Below, in pieces: positions 19,650 to 30,074 of a DNA stretch of 64,000 nucleotides. The notes under the pieces are model-generated. The model saw only the letters and a program-made list of their open reading frames with translations, did not search any database and was not told the origin of the DNA. How positions within the stretch are numbered: the first letter of the stretch is position 1; each line of letters begins with the position of its first letter. A program made the position numbers and the translations under genes. This DNA comes from Faecalimonas sp. (lineage in GTDB: Bacteria; Bacillota; Clostridia; Lachnospirales; Lachnospiraceae). The stretch spans positions 4,458 to 68,457 of the forward strand of contig JAZRND010000050.1 in the NCBI GenBank assembly GCA_045648005.1, written 5' to 3'.

Positions 19650-20324
19650 ATGGGCACAGATTTTAAAGTGGATATGAATGAATATTTACCCCTTCGGGAT
19701 GTTGTATTTAATACTTTGCGACAAGCAATTTTGCGTGGAGAGTTAAAACCGGGCGAACGCCTTATGGAAATACAATTGGCGGACAAGTTAGGCGTTAGCA
19801 GAACCCCGATTCGTGAAGCAATTCGTAAGTTGGAATTAGAAGGATTGGTTCTGATGATTCCAAGACGAGGCGCAGAAGTTGCAGAGATTACAGAAAAGAG
19901 TTTGCGAGATGTATTAGAGGTGCGCGGTGCATTGGAAGAGCTTGCTGTAGAACTGGCCTGTGATCGAATTACAGAAGAAGACATCGATCAGTTAAAAGTG
20001 GCAGCCAAAGAATTTGAACAGGCCTTACAAAGCGGGGATGTAACCATTTACGCAGAGGCAGATGTTAAATTTCACGATATTATTTATCTCGCCACGGAGA
20101 ATCAAAGACTTATCCAGCTTCTGTACAATCTTCGAGAGCAGATGTATCGATATCGCGTAGAATATTTGAAACAAGAAGAAGTACACCCTGTTTTGCTAAA
20201 GGAACACGATCATATTATTTCGTGTATTGCCAAAAGGGACAAGAAAGCAGCAAAACAGGCAGTTGCTACACATGTGGACAATCAAGTAAAAATCGTGAGC
20301 GATACTATACGAACAAAAAAATAA
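19650..20324 (+). CDS. GntR family transcriptional regulator (FCD domain)
   Basis: LADKLGVSRTPIREA HTH; D..FH FCD motif. Start at ATG 19650 after AGGAGG. Confidence 0.9.
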   Translation: MGTDFKVDMNEYLPLRDVVFNTLRQAILRGELKPGERLMEIQLADKLGVSRTPIREAIRKLELEGLVLMIPRRGAEVAEITEKSLRDVLEVRGALEELAVELACDRITEEDIDQLKVAAKEFEQALQSGDVTIYAEADVKFHDIIYLATENQRLIQLLYNLREQMYRYRVEYLKQEEVHPVLLKEHDHIISCIAKRDKKAAKQAVATHVDNQVKIVSDTIRTKK

Positions 20325-20333
20325 AGTTTCTTC

Positions 20334-20361
20334 GTATAAAAAAATAAAAATTGTGTACACT
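20334..20361 (+). promoter_or_regulatory. Possible sigma-F promoter of spoIIR
   Basis: GTATA-N14-GTGTACACT resembles the SigF consensus GYATA / GGnnAnAnT; spoIIR is SigF-dependent in model spore formers. Confidence 0.35.
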
Positions 20362-20389
20362 CCCAATATCAATAGGGGAGGTACATAGA

Positions 20390-20980
20390 ATGAAACGAAG
20401 ATATGTATTTGCAATCATCACATTTTTTATGATGGTTGTCAGTATAAGTATGAATATAAAATGGAGTCACATGAAAGCTGACCTTGCAGGAAAGGTTTTT
20501 CGCTTTCATGTATTGGCTAACAGTGATAGAGCAGAAGACCAGGAGTTGAAAATGCAGGTCAAGGAAGAGATTATTGCATATATGAAGCAGGAACTTCCCG
20601 TTTCGGAAGGTGTGGATATGACCAAAGCTTGGGCAAGAGATAATCTGCACAGTATCACTGATAGGGCACAACGATTAGTCAAACAAAAGGGGTATGACTA
20701 TACTGTCACAGCAGAAGTGACTACTTGCGATTTTCCAGAGAAAAGTTATGGAGATATTACGTTTCCGGCAGGTGAGTATGAAGCCTTGCGCATTGAAATC
20801 GGCGAAGCCAAAGGGCAGAACTGGTGGTGCGTGTTATACCCTAATCTGTGTTTTATAGATGCGGTTCATGCAGTTGTGCCAGAAGAAAGCAAGGCAGAGT
20901 TAAAAGAGGTTTTAGAGGAAGATACGTATAAAATGGTGACAGCGACGACGCCGTTTCGACTCAAGTGGTTTTTCTTTTAA
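20390..20980 (+). CDS. spoIIR: Stage II sporulation protein R
   Basis: RFHVLANSD..EDQ.LK, FPEKSYG, GEAKGQNWWCVLYP. Confidence 0.95.
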   Translation: MKRRYVFAIITFFMMVVSISMNIKWSHMKADLAGKVFRFHVLANSDRAEDQELKMQVKEEIIAYMKQELPVSEGVDMTKAWARDNLHSITDRAQRLVKQKGYDYTVTAEVTTCDFPEKSYGDITFPAGEYEALRIEIGEAKGQNWWCVLYPNLCFIDAVHAVVPEESKAELKEVLEEDTYKMVTATTPFRLKWFFF

Positions 20981-21000
20981 CACCTATGGAGGAAAGATAA

Positions 21001-21711
21001 ATGTACCAAATGAAAGGCCGCGTCCGATACAGTGAATGCGGAAAAAATAATAAAGCTACTATTGCCGCTATTATCAATTATTTTCAAGATTGTACTAGTG
21101 AAAATTCAGAGCGCAGTGGAGTGGGTGTAGAGTACTTAAAGAATAAAAAACGTGCTTGGATTTTAAATTCTTGGCAAGTATTTATCAATAGAATGCCAGT
21201 CATGAGCGAGGAAATTCGTGTTTCTACATGGGCAACCGGATTTCAGGGCGTTTTCGGACCAAGGGATTTCAAAATGGAGACTAGAGACGGCGAACCATTG
21301 GCTTGTGCCCATACCTTATGGGTTTATATAGATACGGAAAATGGAAGACCAATCAAGCCAGATGAAGAAGAAATGCGGGCATACGACATTGAAGAGCCAC
21401 TTCCAATTGAAACACTTTCCAGAAAAATCAAGTTCCCAGAAGGGGCTGTAACGGTTGACACATTTTCTGTGCACAAGTATCATATTGATACGAACAATCA
21501 TGTGAACAATGGAAAATATATTGAGATAGCCAGCGAAGTGTTACCGGAGGATTTTGTTCTTACAGGACTTCGAGTAGAATACAAGAAGGCCGCAGTGTAC
21601 GGGGATGTCATGGCGCTTAAGTGTGTCAAGGAAGGCAATCATATATTTGCGTTGTTGTGTGATGAGAAAGAAGCACCATATGCAATTGTGGAGTTTATAG
21701 GAGAAGACTAG
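21001..21711 (+). CDS. Acyl-ACP thioesterase
   Basis: Double hot-dog fold signatures: VRYSE, HIDTNNHVNNGKY. Confidence 0.85.
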   Translation: MYQMKGRVRYSECGKNNKATIAAIINYFQDCTSENSERSGVGVEYLKNKKRAWILNSWQVFINRMPVMSEEIRVSTWATGFQGVFGPRDFKMETRDGEPLACAHTLWVYIDTENGRPIKPDEEEMRAYDIEEPLPIETLSRKIKFPEGAVTVDTFSVHKYHIDTNNHVNNGKYIEIASEVLPEDFVLTGLRVEYKKAAVYGDVMALKCVKEGNHIFALLCDEKEAPYAIVEFIGED

Positions 21712-21714
21712 AAG

Positions 21715-22536
21715 ATGAAATTAGGGAAAAAACAGGTTTTAACCGCAGTAAAAAAAGTGGATTTTGGAGTGTATTTAGGAAGTGACGAAGAACGCGTATT
21801 GCTTCCGAAAAAACAAGTCCCATCAGGCATTGAACTGGGGGATCCGATAGAAGTGTTTTTATATAAGGATTCTGACGACAGACTGATTGCGACCACCAAT
21901 GAACCGAAGGTTCAGATAGGGGAGTTGGCAGTCTTGGAAGTTGCAGATACTAACAAGTACGGAGCTTTTTTAAATTGGGGTTTGGAGAAGGATTTGTTCT
22001 TGCCGTTTAAGCAACAGACTAAGAAGGTGGAGAAAGGGGACAAGTGTCTAGTAACCCTTTATATTGATAAAAGCGAACGATTATGTGCGACCATGAAGGT
22101 TTATCCTATGCTTTCCACAGATTCTCCATATCAGAAGGATGATATGGTAGAAGGTATTATTTATGATACCAGTGCAGAATTTGGTGTATTTGTTGCAGTG
22201 GATAATAAGTACACGGCTTTGATACCAAAGAAAGAGGTTTACGGCAAGCTACAGGTGGGACAAACTGTGAAAGCTCGCGTGATTGCAGTGAAACCAGACG
22301 GGAAATTAGATTTAAGTGTGCGAGATAAGATTCCGATGCAAATGGATCAGGACGCAAAGCTTATCTGGGAACGATTAGTAGAAAATGGTGGAAGTCTACC
22401 TTTTACAGACAAGGCAGACCCAGAGGTTATCAAGCAAGAGTTTGACTTAAGCAAAAATGCATTTAAACGTGCAGTAGGAAGACTCTTGAAAGAACAAAAG
22501 ATTGAGATTGGTGAAAAGAACATAAAGGTGAAATAG
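21715..22536 (+). CDS. S1 RNA-binding protein, CvfB/YitL family
   Basis: FGVYL, VLLPK, GAFLNWGLEKDLFLP, C-terminal SKNAFKRAVGRLLK winged helix. Confidence 0.88.
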   Translation: MKLGKKQVLTAVKKVDFGVYLGSDEERVLLPKKQVPSGIELGDPIEVFLYKDSDDRLIATTNEPKVQIGELAVLEVADTNKYGAFLNWGLEKDLFLPFKQQTKKVEKGDKCLVTLYIDKSERLCATMKVYPMLSTDSPYQKDDMVEGIIYDTSAEFGVFVAVDNKYTALIPKKEVYGKLQVGQTVKARVIAVKPDGKLDLSVRDKIPMQMDQDAKLIWERLVENGGSLPFTDKADPEVIKQEFDLSKNAFKRAVGRLLKEQKIEIGEKNIKVK

Positions 22537-22537
22537 T

Positions 22538-25500
22538 ATGAGTTTTGTGCATTTACATGTCCATACAGAATATAGTCTGTTGGATGGCTCAAACAAAATT
22601 AAAGAATATGTTGCAAGGGTGAAAGAACTTGGCATGAACAGTGCAGCAATCACAGACCATGGTGTAATGTATGGAGTGATTGACTTTTATCGTGCTGCCA
22701 GAAATGAAGGAATTAAACCAATTTTAGGGTGCGAAGTTTATGTAGCGCCGGGATCTCGGCTTGATAAAACGCCGGGGAGCAACAGCGAGGAACGCTACTA
22801 CCATTTAGTACTTTTGGCAGAAAATCAAAAAGGATATGAGAATCTGACCAAAATTGTGTCCAAGGGGTTTGTAGATGGTTATTATTATAAGCCGCGTGTA
22901 GATTTGGAAGTGTTAGAGCAATATCATGAAGGCATTATTGCATTGAGTGCGTGTCTTGCAGGAGAAGTACAAAAATATCTGCTTCGTGGCATGTATGAAG
23001 ATGCCAAGGAAGCCGCAAAACGATATGAAAAGATTTTTGGCAAAGATAATTTCTTCCTTGAACTTCAAGACCACGGTATGCAGGAGCAAACCTTGGTAAA
23101 TCAACAACTTTTACGTTTGGCTGAAGATACAGGAATCGCACTGGTCGCGACAAATGACGTTCATTATACATATGCGGAAGATGAAAAGCCGCATGATATT
23201 TTGTTGTGTATCCAGACCGGTAAGAAATTAGAAGATGAAAATCGTATGCGTTATGAGGGCGGACAGTATTTCGTAAAATCAGAAGAAGAAATGCGTGCGC
23301 TGTTTCCGTATGCCTTGCAGGCAATAGAGAATACACAGAAAATCGCAGATCGCTGTAATGTGGAAATTGAATTTGGGGTTACAAAATTGCCAAAATACGA
23401 TGTTCCGCAAGGTTTTACGGCGTGGGAATATTTGAATAAATTATGCTTTGACGGCTTGGAACAGAGATATCCAAACCCAGGTGAGGAGCTCAAGGAACGC
23501 TTAAATTATGAGCTTAATGTTATCCGAAATATGGGTTACGTGGACTATTTCTTAATCGTGTGGGATTTTATTAACTATGCAAGAACCAATGGCATTATGG
23601 TAGGACCGGGACGTGGTTCGGCAGCAGGTAGTATCGTATCGTATTGTCTTGGCATCACAAATATTGATCCAATTAAGTATCAACTGCTCTTTGAACGTTT
23701 CTTGAATCCGGAACGTGTATCCATGCCGGATATTGATATCGACTTCTGTTTTGAAAGAAGACAGGAAGTTATTGATTATGTAGTGCGCAAATACGGGGCA
23801 GACCGTGTTGCACAGATTGTCACCTTTGGAACATTGGCAGCAAGAGGTGTGATTCGCGATGTGGGACGTGTTATGGATTTGCCATATGCATTTGTAGATA
23901 GCATTTCCAAGATGATCCCAACAGAACTAAATATTACTTTAGAAAAAGCCTTGGCTATGAATGAGGAATTGAGAGCTTTGTATGAGAAGGATCCACAAGT
24001 CAAGGAATTAATTGATATGTCAAAGAGACTGGAAGGTTTGCCGAGACATTCTTCTATGCATGCAGCAGGCGTTGTGATTTGTCAAAAATCTGTAGATGAG
24101 TACGTGCCATTATCATTAGGATCAGATGGATCTGTCACCACACAGTTTGTTATGACCACTTTGGAAGAATTAGGTCTTTTGAAAATGGACTTTTTAGGGC
24201 TTCGCACCTTGACTGTAATTCAAAATGCAGTTCAGCTGGTAGAAAAAAACACCGGCAAGGTCATTGACATGGAACACATTGACTATAATGATAAGGATGT
24301 CCTTGATTCTATTGGAACCGGTAAGACAGATGGTGTGTTCCAATTAGAAAGTGCCGGCATGAAGAGTTTCATGAAGGAATTAAAACCACAGAGTTTGGAA
24401 GATATTATTGCGGGTATTGCCCTTTATCGCCCGGGTCCGATGGATTTTATTCCGCAATATATCAAAGGGAAAAACGACCAGTCAGCTATTGAATATGACT
24501 GTCCGCAATTAGAACCGATTTTGAAATCCACATATGGTTGTATTGTATATCAAGAACAAGTTATGCAGATAGTGCGCGATTTGGCGGGATATACGTTAGG
24601 ACGGAGCGACCTTTTGCGCCGTGCTATGTCAAAGAAAAAAGGTGATGTGATGCAGAAAGAACGCCAAAACTTTGTTTACGGTAACCCGGAAGAAGGAGTT
24701 CCGGGATGCATCGCAAATGGTATTTCAGAAAAAGTGGCAAATAAAATTTATGATGAAATGCTTGACTTTGCAAAATACGCATTTAACAAATCTCATGCGG
24801 CAGCTTATGCCATCGTGTCTTATCAGACCGCATATTTGAAGTACTACTATCCAGTAGAATTCATGGCGGCTCTTATGACATCTGTGATTGATAATGCTGG
24901 AAAAGTGGCAGAATATATTTATACTTGTCGTCAAATGAACATTTCGATTCTACCGCCGGATATTAACACCGGTGAAGGAAGATTTTCCGTTGATGGGGCA
25001 AACATTCGCTATGGTCTTGCTGCTATTAAGAGTGTCGGACGTCCGGTGATTGAAGCCATTATTGCAGAGCGAGAGAAGAATGGTATATTTAAAAATCTGA
25101 AAGATTTTATTGAACGTTTATCAGGTAAAGAAGTAAATAAACGCACCATTGAAAGTTTCATTAAAGCAGGTGCCTTGGACAGTCTAAATGGAACTAGAAA
25201 ACAACTCATGATGATTTATGTGAAGATTTTGGAACAAATCAATCAGGAGAAAAAATATTCCATGACAGGCCAAATGACATTGTTTGATATGGTCAGCGAA
25301 GAGCAAAAAAGCGAATTTGATATTCCGCTTCCAAACGTGGGAGAATATGAGAAAGAAACATTGCTAGCCTTTGAAAAAGAAGTGCTTGGCATCTATGTCA
25401 GCGGGCATCCAATGGAAGAATATGAGAGTAAGTGGAGAAAGAGCATTACCGCTACCACATTGGATTTTCAACCGGATGAAGAAACAGGACGCACCAAAGT

Positions 25501-26011
25501 GAAGGACGGCCAGCGTGCGATTATTGGCGGTATGATTGTAGGTAAGACTATTAAACATACCAAGAATAATAAAACTATGGCATTTTTAACAATTGAGGAT
25601 TTGATGGGCACTGTAGAGGTTGTAGTGTTCCCAAGAGATTATGAAATGAATCGCATGTTTTTGGAGGAAGATTCCAAGGTGTTTGTGAGAGGACGAGTTT
25701 CTGAAGAGGATGATAGCGCCAGTAAGTTGATTTGCGAAACGATTATTCCTTTTGAAGACATACCTTGTGAGCTGTGGATTCAGTTTGCTAGTATTCCTGC
25801 TTATCAGGCAGAGGAAGCCAAGTTATTTGAATTACTGGAACATTCAGAAGGTAACGATGCAGTTGTGATTTATTGCGCGGCAGAGAAACAAATCAAACGT
25901 ATGCCGGCAAATCGCAATGTGAATGTAGACTCTATGCTGTTGGAAAAATTAAGCTCGCATTTCGGGCAAAATCGCGTAAAAGTGGTGGAAAAGCAGATAG
26001 AAAAGGTGTAA
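22538..26011 (+). CDS. dnaE: DNA polymerase III alpha subunit
   Basis: PHP domain HLHVHTEYSLLDG; GRGSAAGS; PDIDIDF; YAFNKSH. Normal length, no intein. Confidence 0.98.
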   Translation: MSFVHLHVHTEYSLLDGSNKIKEYVARVKELGMNSAAITDHGVMYGVIDFYRAARNEGIKPILGCEVYVAPGSRLDKTPGSNSEERYYHLVLLAENQKGYENLTKIVSKGFVDGYYYKPRVDLEVLEQYHEGIIALSACLAGEVQKYLLRGMYEDAKEAAKRYEKIFGKDNFFLELQDHGMQEQTLVNQQLLRLAEDTGIALVATNDVHYTYAEDEKPHDILLCIQTGKKLEDENRMRYEGGQYFVKSEEEMRALFPYALQAIENTQKIADRCNVEIEFGVTKLPKYDVPQGFTAWEYLNKLCFDGLEQRYPNPGEELKERLNYELNVIRNMGYVDYFLIVWDFINYARTNGIMVGPGRGSAAGSIVSYCLGITNIDPIKYQLLFERFLNPERVSMPDIDIDFCFERRQEVIDYVVRKYGADRVAQIVTFGTLAARGVIRDVGRVMDLPYAFVDSISKMIPTELNITLEKALAMNEELRALYEKDPQVKELIDMSKRLEGLPRHSSMHAAGVVICQKSVDEYVPLSLGSDGSVTTQFVMTTLEELGLLKMDFLGLRTLTVIQNAVQLVEKNTGKVIDMEHIDYNDKDVLDSIGTGKTDGVFQLESAGMKSFMKELKPQSLEDIIAGIALYRPGPMDFIPQYIKGKNDQSAIEYDCPQLEPILKSTYGCIVYQEQVMQIVRDLAGYTLGRSDLLRRAMSKKKGDVMQKERQNFVYGNPEEGVPGCIANGISEKVANKIYDEMLDFAKYAFNKSHAAAYAIVSYQTAYLKYYYPVEFMAALMTSVIDNAGKVAEYIYTCRQMNISILPPDINTGEGRFSVDGANIRYGLAAIKSVGRPVIEAIIAEREKNGIFKNLKDFIERLSGKEVNKRTIESFIKAGALDSLNGTRKQLMMIYVKILEQINQEKKYSMTGQMTLFDMVSEEQKSEFDIPLPNVGEYEKETLLAFEKEVLGIYVSGHPMEEYESKWRKSITATTLDFQPDEETGRTKVKDGQRAIIGGMIVGKTIKHTKNNKTMAFLTIEDLMGTVEVVVFPRDYEMNRMFLEEDSKVFVRGRVSEEDDSASKLICETIIPFEDIPCELWIQFASIPAYQAEEAKLFELLEHSEGNDAVVIYCAAEKQIKRMPANRNVNVDSMLLEKLSSHFGQNRVKVVEKQIEKV

Positions 26012-26055
26012 AATGCTAACAATAGTAGCGTGACAAGATAAGGTGGAGGACAAAA

Positions 26056-27042
26056 ATGGATAAAGAGTTAGAAATGAAGGAGCCACTTCATACGATTGGT
26101 GTTTTGACAAGTGGTGGAGATGCGCCAGGTATGAACGCAGCAGTGCGAGCAGTTGTCAGAACTGCGTTAAGTAAAGGGCTTTCGGTTTTGGGAATCCGAA
26201 GAGGATACCATGGACTGTTAAGAGAAGAAATTATAGATATGTCAAGAAAGGACGTTGCTGATATTATTCAGCGCGGAGGAACTATTTTACAGACTGCAAG
26301 AAGTAAACAAATGCTTACCCCGGAAGGACAGAGAAAAGCAGCCGGCATTTTGAAAAAGTACGGCATTCAGGCTTTGGTAGTTATCGGTGGTGATGGTTCC
26401 TTTGCAGGAGCGCAAACCCTTGCCGAATATGGCGTCAATGTAGTTGGTATTCCGGGAACTATTGATTTGGATATTGCTTGTACCGAATATACTATTGGAT
26501 TTGACACAGCAGCAAATACTGCTATGGAGGCTATCGATAAAATTCGTGATACTTCTACCTCTCATGAAAGATGTAGTATCGTGGAAGTAATGGGACATGA
26601 CGCCGGATATTTGGCTCTGTGGTGCGGTATTGCCAATGGTGCGGAATATATTCTTTTGCCAGAACAATACGAATACGACGAACAAAAAATGATAGATGAT
26701 ATTATTGAAAATCGCAAGAATGGCAAAAAGCACTATATCATCATTAATGCAGAAGGCGTTGGAGATTCCATCAATATGGCAAAACGTATTGAAGAAGCTA
26801 CCGGAGTAGAGACAAGAGCGACCATTTTGGGACATTTGCAACGCGGTGGAAGTCCTAGTGTAAAGGATAGAGTTTATGCGTCTGTAATGGGTGCAAAAGC
26901 AGTGGATTTGTTGTTGGAAGGCAAGCAAAACCGCGTGGTTGGATATAAGCAGGGAGAGTTTATTGACTTTGATATCTTTGATGCACTTAAAATGCATAAG
27001 GAAATACCAAAGTATCAATTAGAAATTGCAAAAATTTTGTAA
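26056..27042 (+). CDS. pfkA: ATP-dependent 6-phosphofructokinase
   Basis: TSGGDAPGMN, GGDGS, PGTID, LGHLQRGG. Confidence 0.95.
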   Translation: MDKELEMKEPLHTIGVLTSGGDAPGMNAAVRAVVRTALSKGLSVLGIRRGYHGLLREEIIDMSRKDVADIIQRGGTILQTARSKQMLTPEGQRKAAGILKKYGIQALVVIGGDGSFAGAQTLAEYGVNVVGIPGTIDLDIACTEYTIGFDTAANTAMEAIDKIRDTSTSHERCSIVEVMGHDAGYLALWCGIANGAEYILLPEQYEYDEQKMIDDIIENRKNGKKHYIIINAEGVGDSINMAKRIEEATGVETRATILGHLQRGGSPSVKDRVYASVMGAKAVDLLLEGKQNRVVGYKQGEFIDFDIFDALKMHKEIPKYQLEIAKIL

Positions 27043-27068
27043 TTCAAAAGGGGAATTGGATTTTAGTC

Positions 27069-27890
27069 ATGAGTAAAAAGAAAACGGCCCCTATCGGAGT
27101 CTTCGATTCCGGTGTGGGAGGACTGACGGTGGCACGAGAGATTATGAGAAATTTGCCGAATGAAGATATCGTTTATTTTGGCGATACAGCTCGCGTTCCA
27201 TACGGAAACAAATCAAAAGATAATATTATTCGATATTCCAGACAGATCATTCATTTTCTACAAACCATGGATGTGAAAGCCATTGTGATTGCATGTAATA
27301 CTGCAAGTGCATTGGCACTGGAAACAGTCAAGGATGAGATTGATATCCCAATTATCGGTGTGGTAGAGCCGGGAGCGAGGGCTGCCTTGGCGGTAACGCA
27401 AACCAATAAAATCGGTGTTATCGGTACAGAGGCAACGGTTCGCAGTGCAATGTACGAGAGAATCATACAAAGTGCCCGTCCGGAAGTAGAGGTTTTGGCA
27501 AAAGCTTGCCCATTATTTGTACCTTTGGTAGAAGAAGGATTTAAAAAGCACCCTGTAACGGAAGAGATTATTGATTATTATTTGAGTGAAATGAAGGAAA
27601 CAAACATTGATGCTCTGATTTTAGGGTGCACACATTATCCTCTTCTTCGCTCTAAAATCAAGGAATACTTGGGTGAAAAAATCACTTTGGTCAATCCTGC
27701 TTATGAGACTGCAATGGATTTGAAACAACTCTTAAAAGAGAAGGATATGGAAAATCCAGATGTTGAGGGAGACCATGGTTCTTATACCTTCTATGTCAGT
27801 GACGCGGCGGATAAATTTAAACAATTTGCAAATTCTATCTTGCCTTATGATATTGATAATACGAAACAAATTAACATAGAAGCATATTAG
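27069..27890 (+). CDS. murI: Glutamate racemase
   Basis: FDSGVGGL, PYG, ACNTA, LGCTHY. Confidence 0.97.
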   Translation: MSKKKTAPIGVFDSGVGGLTVAREIMRNLPNEDIVYFGDTARVPYGNKSKDNIIRYSRQIIHFLQTMDVKAIVIACNTASALALETVKDEIDIPIIGVVEPGARAALAVTQTNKIGVIGTEATVRSAMYERIIQSARPEVEVLAKACPLFVPLVEEGFKKHPVTEEIIDYYLSEMKETNIDALILGCTHYPLLRSKIKEYLGEKITLVNPAYETAMDLKQLLKEKDMENPDVEGDHGSYTFYVSDAADKFKQFANSILPYDIDNTKQINIEAY

Positions 27891-27898
27891 GTGGCGAC

Positions 27899-28375
27899 AT
27901 GACAAAAGATGTATTGGTAAGTATTTCCGGCCTTCAAATGGCTGTGAATGAAACGGAGAATATGGGAGATGAACCAATTGAAATCGTTAGTCCTGGTACT
28001 TACTTCTTTAAAGATGGGACGCATTACATCTTCTTTGAAGAGGTGGCAGAAGGCTTTTCGGAGATTACAAAAGCGCAAATTCGAATAAACGGAAAAGACT
28101 CCTTGGAAGTTATTAAAAAGGGAGTTTCTAACATGCATATGGTGTTTGACAAGAATAAGACAAACCGTTGTCACTATAAAACACCTTATGGACAATTACA
28201 TTTAGGTATTTCTACCAGCGACATTGTAGTGGAAGAAGCAGACGATAATATTAATGTGAAGGCAGAGTATGCTTTAGATGTGGACTATGAGCCACTGGCA
28301 GATTGTAGCATTCGAATTAATGTAAAACCACGAGGCTCAAAGGAATTTTCCATATATGATAAAATGGAGTTTTAG
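27899..28375 (+). CDS. DUF1934 family beta-barrel protein
   Basis: Y.TPYG motif and size; typical position next to murI. Confidence 0.75.
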   Translation: MTKDVLVSISGLQMAVNETENMGDEPIEIVSPGTYFFKDGTHYIFFEEVAEGFSEITKAQIRINGKDSLEVIKKGVSNMHMVFDKNKTNRCHYKTPYGQLHLGISTSDIVVEEADDNINVKAEYALDVDYEPLADCSIRINVKPRGSKEFSIYDKMEF

Positions 28376-28380
28376 AAAAT

Positions 28381-28417
28381 AAAATGTGCGATTGCAATTT
28401 GCAACCGCACGTTTTTT
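28381..28417. terminator. Bidirectional terminator
   Basis: AAAATGTGCGATTGCA..TTGCAACCGCACGTTTT between convergent genes. Confidence 0.7.
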
Positions 28418-28420
28418 ACT

Positions 28421-28867
28421 TTATTTGTTCTTTTTGAATTTTGCAAAGAAGCCTTTTTTCTCTGGCTGTGAATTATCCAAAGAACCACGAATTCCTTTTA
28501 CTTCTGTGATGTAAAGACCACTAACAACGGCTTTTACTTCTTTCTTTACCGGGATATTCGGGAATACTTTTTCATCACAAAGTAATGACATCACTCTTGG
28601 ACCAACTTTGGCTTTTACCACCGGCACTTTCAAGCCTCGCAAGTATTTTGGTGTACTTTCCAATACCATGGCAGGAAGTCCAGCCTCTTTCATTTTCATG
28701 CGCTTCTTGTCAATGATTAACATTGAAATGGTCTGTGCAGCAGCTTTCAACTGCTCTGTCTGTTCTGCTTGTTTCTTTTCCACTTTTTTCGCGTATAAAT
28801 ATGCTGCAACTAAAGCAGCCAATACAACTACGGCAACTATAATTAATACAATATATTTCGTTCCCAC
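28421..28867 (-). CDS. Hypothetical basic membrane-anchored protein
   Basis: GTG start at 28867 preceded by AGGAGGA; N-terminal TM helix and Lys-rich body. Confidence 0.7.
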   Translation of the reverse strand: MGTKYIVLIIVAVVVLAALVAAYLYAKKVEKKQAEQTEQLKAAAQTISMLIIDKKRMKMKEAGLPAMVLESTPKYLRGLKVPVVKAKVGPRVMSLLCDEKVFPNIPVKKEVKAVVSGLYITEVKGIRGSLDNSQPEKKGFFAKFKKNK

Positions 28868-29032
28868 GGCGATCCTCCTATTCCTGTTATGTAAACAAAT
28901 AGATTTTATCATTGTTTGAAAAGAAGTGCAAGCAGTTTGCAATTTTTAAGACACAGAATTTACACTTTTCAAACCTGTAAAATATGGTATAATGGTTAGT
29001 AGTTTCAAAATAAGAAGAAATGGAGAAAGAAC

Positions 29033-30070
29033 ATGAAAAGAATAGTATCTATTATGCTCGTAGGAATTTTCACATTGACTATGCTTGTAGGATGTGGAGC
29101 TGTTTCTAACGACAACATTAAAATCAAGAAATATAAAGGCTTGGAAATCGAAAAAGTAGTAGTTGCGGATGTGACTGACGAAGATGTGGAAGCAAGCATC
29201 AAATCAGATTTGGAAACACTGGCAACTACAGAAGAAGTTAAAAATCGCCCAGCGCAATTGGGAGATATTGTAGTAATCGATTTTGTGGGAAAAGAAAACG
29301 GTACTGAATTTGAAGGCGGTTCTGGCACAGACTCAAGATTAGAACTTGGTTCAGGCATGTTTATACCAGGGTTTGAAGATGGAGTTGTAGGAAAGAACAT
29401 CGGGGAAACTTTTGATTTGAATCTTACATTCCCAGAGGATTATGCTTTAAGTCCGGATATGGCAGGTAAAGCGGTTGTATTTACAGTTACTTTGAAATCC
29501 ATTACAGCAAAACACGTGCCGGAATTGACGGTAGATGTTTTGTCTAAACTTGGATCACAAGCTCAAACCATTGAAGAGTATAAAGCACAAGTAAAAGAAA
29601 ACTTGAAAGACCTTAATGCTAAAAATGCAGAGTCTGAACTTAAAACTAAAATCAAAGAAGCTTTATTAGAACAATGTAAGGTGAAAGATTGCCCGGATGA
29701 AACTTTAATTGAAGCTACAAAAAAATTAGTTTTTGAAGAAAGTTATGCTGCTTATATGTCAGGTATCAATATTGATACTTACATTATGGATACTTATGAA
29801 ATGTCTGTAGAGCTAAAAGCAAAAGAAATTGCTATATTAGACTTGGCTTTCGATTTAATTGCAAAGAAAGAAAAAATTAAAATTTCTACAAATGAATATG
29901 AAACTGCAGTTACACAGTTGGCAGCAGAGTATGATTTTACAGACAAGAACGAATTTGTTCAGTCATATGAAGGAATCTACGGAAGTGACCATATTAAGAA
30001 TTCCTTGTTAGAAGACAAGATTATGCAGTTCTTGATTGATAACAGCAAACAAGTAGAAGCGAAGAAATAG
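29033..30070 (+). CDS. Trigger-factor-like FKBP peptidyl-prolyl isomerase, predicted lipoprotein
   Basis: Signal peptide with LVGC lipobox; GDIVVIDFVG..F.GG..LELGSGMFIPGFEDGVVG..FPEDY..AGK.V.F FKBP domain; TF-like helical C-domain; no GFRxGxxP ribosome-binding motif. Confidence 0.85.
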   Translation: MKRIVSIMLVGIFTLTMLVGCGAVSNDNIKIKKYKGLEIEKVVVADVTDEDVEASIKSDLETLATTEEVKNRPAQLGDIVVIDFVGKENGTEFEGGSGTDSRLELGSGMFIPGFEDGVVGKNIGETFDLNLTFPEDYALSPDMAGKAVVFTVTLKSITAKHVPELTVDVLSKLGSQAQTIEEYKAQVKENLKDLNAKNAESELKTKIKEALLEQCKVKDCPDETLIEATKKLVFEESYAAYMSGINIDTYIMDTYEMSVELKAKEIAILDLAFDLIAKKEKIKISTNEYETAVTQLAAEYDFTDKNEFVQSYEGIYGSDHIKNSLLEDKIMQFLIDNSKQVEAKK

Positions 30071-30074
30071 AAAT

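Noticed and set aside
22538-26011. Intein or intron in dnaE
   Set aside because: Length (1157 aa) and motif spacing are normal; no splicing or homing-endonuclease motifs.
26287-27018. 243-aa antisense ORF opposite pfkA
   Set aside because: Shadow ORF from codon bias; no recognisable motif or RBS.
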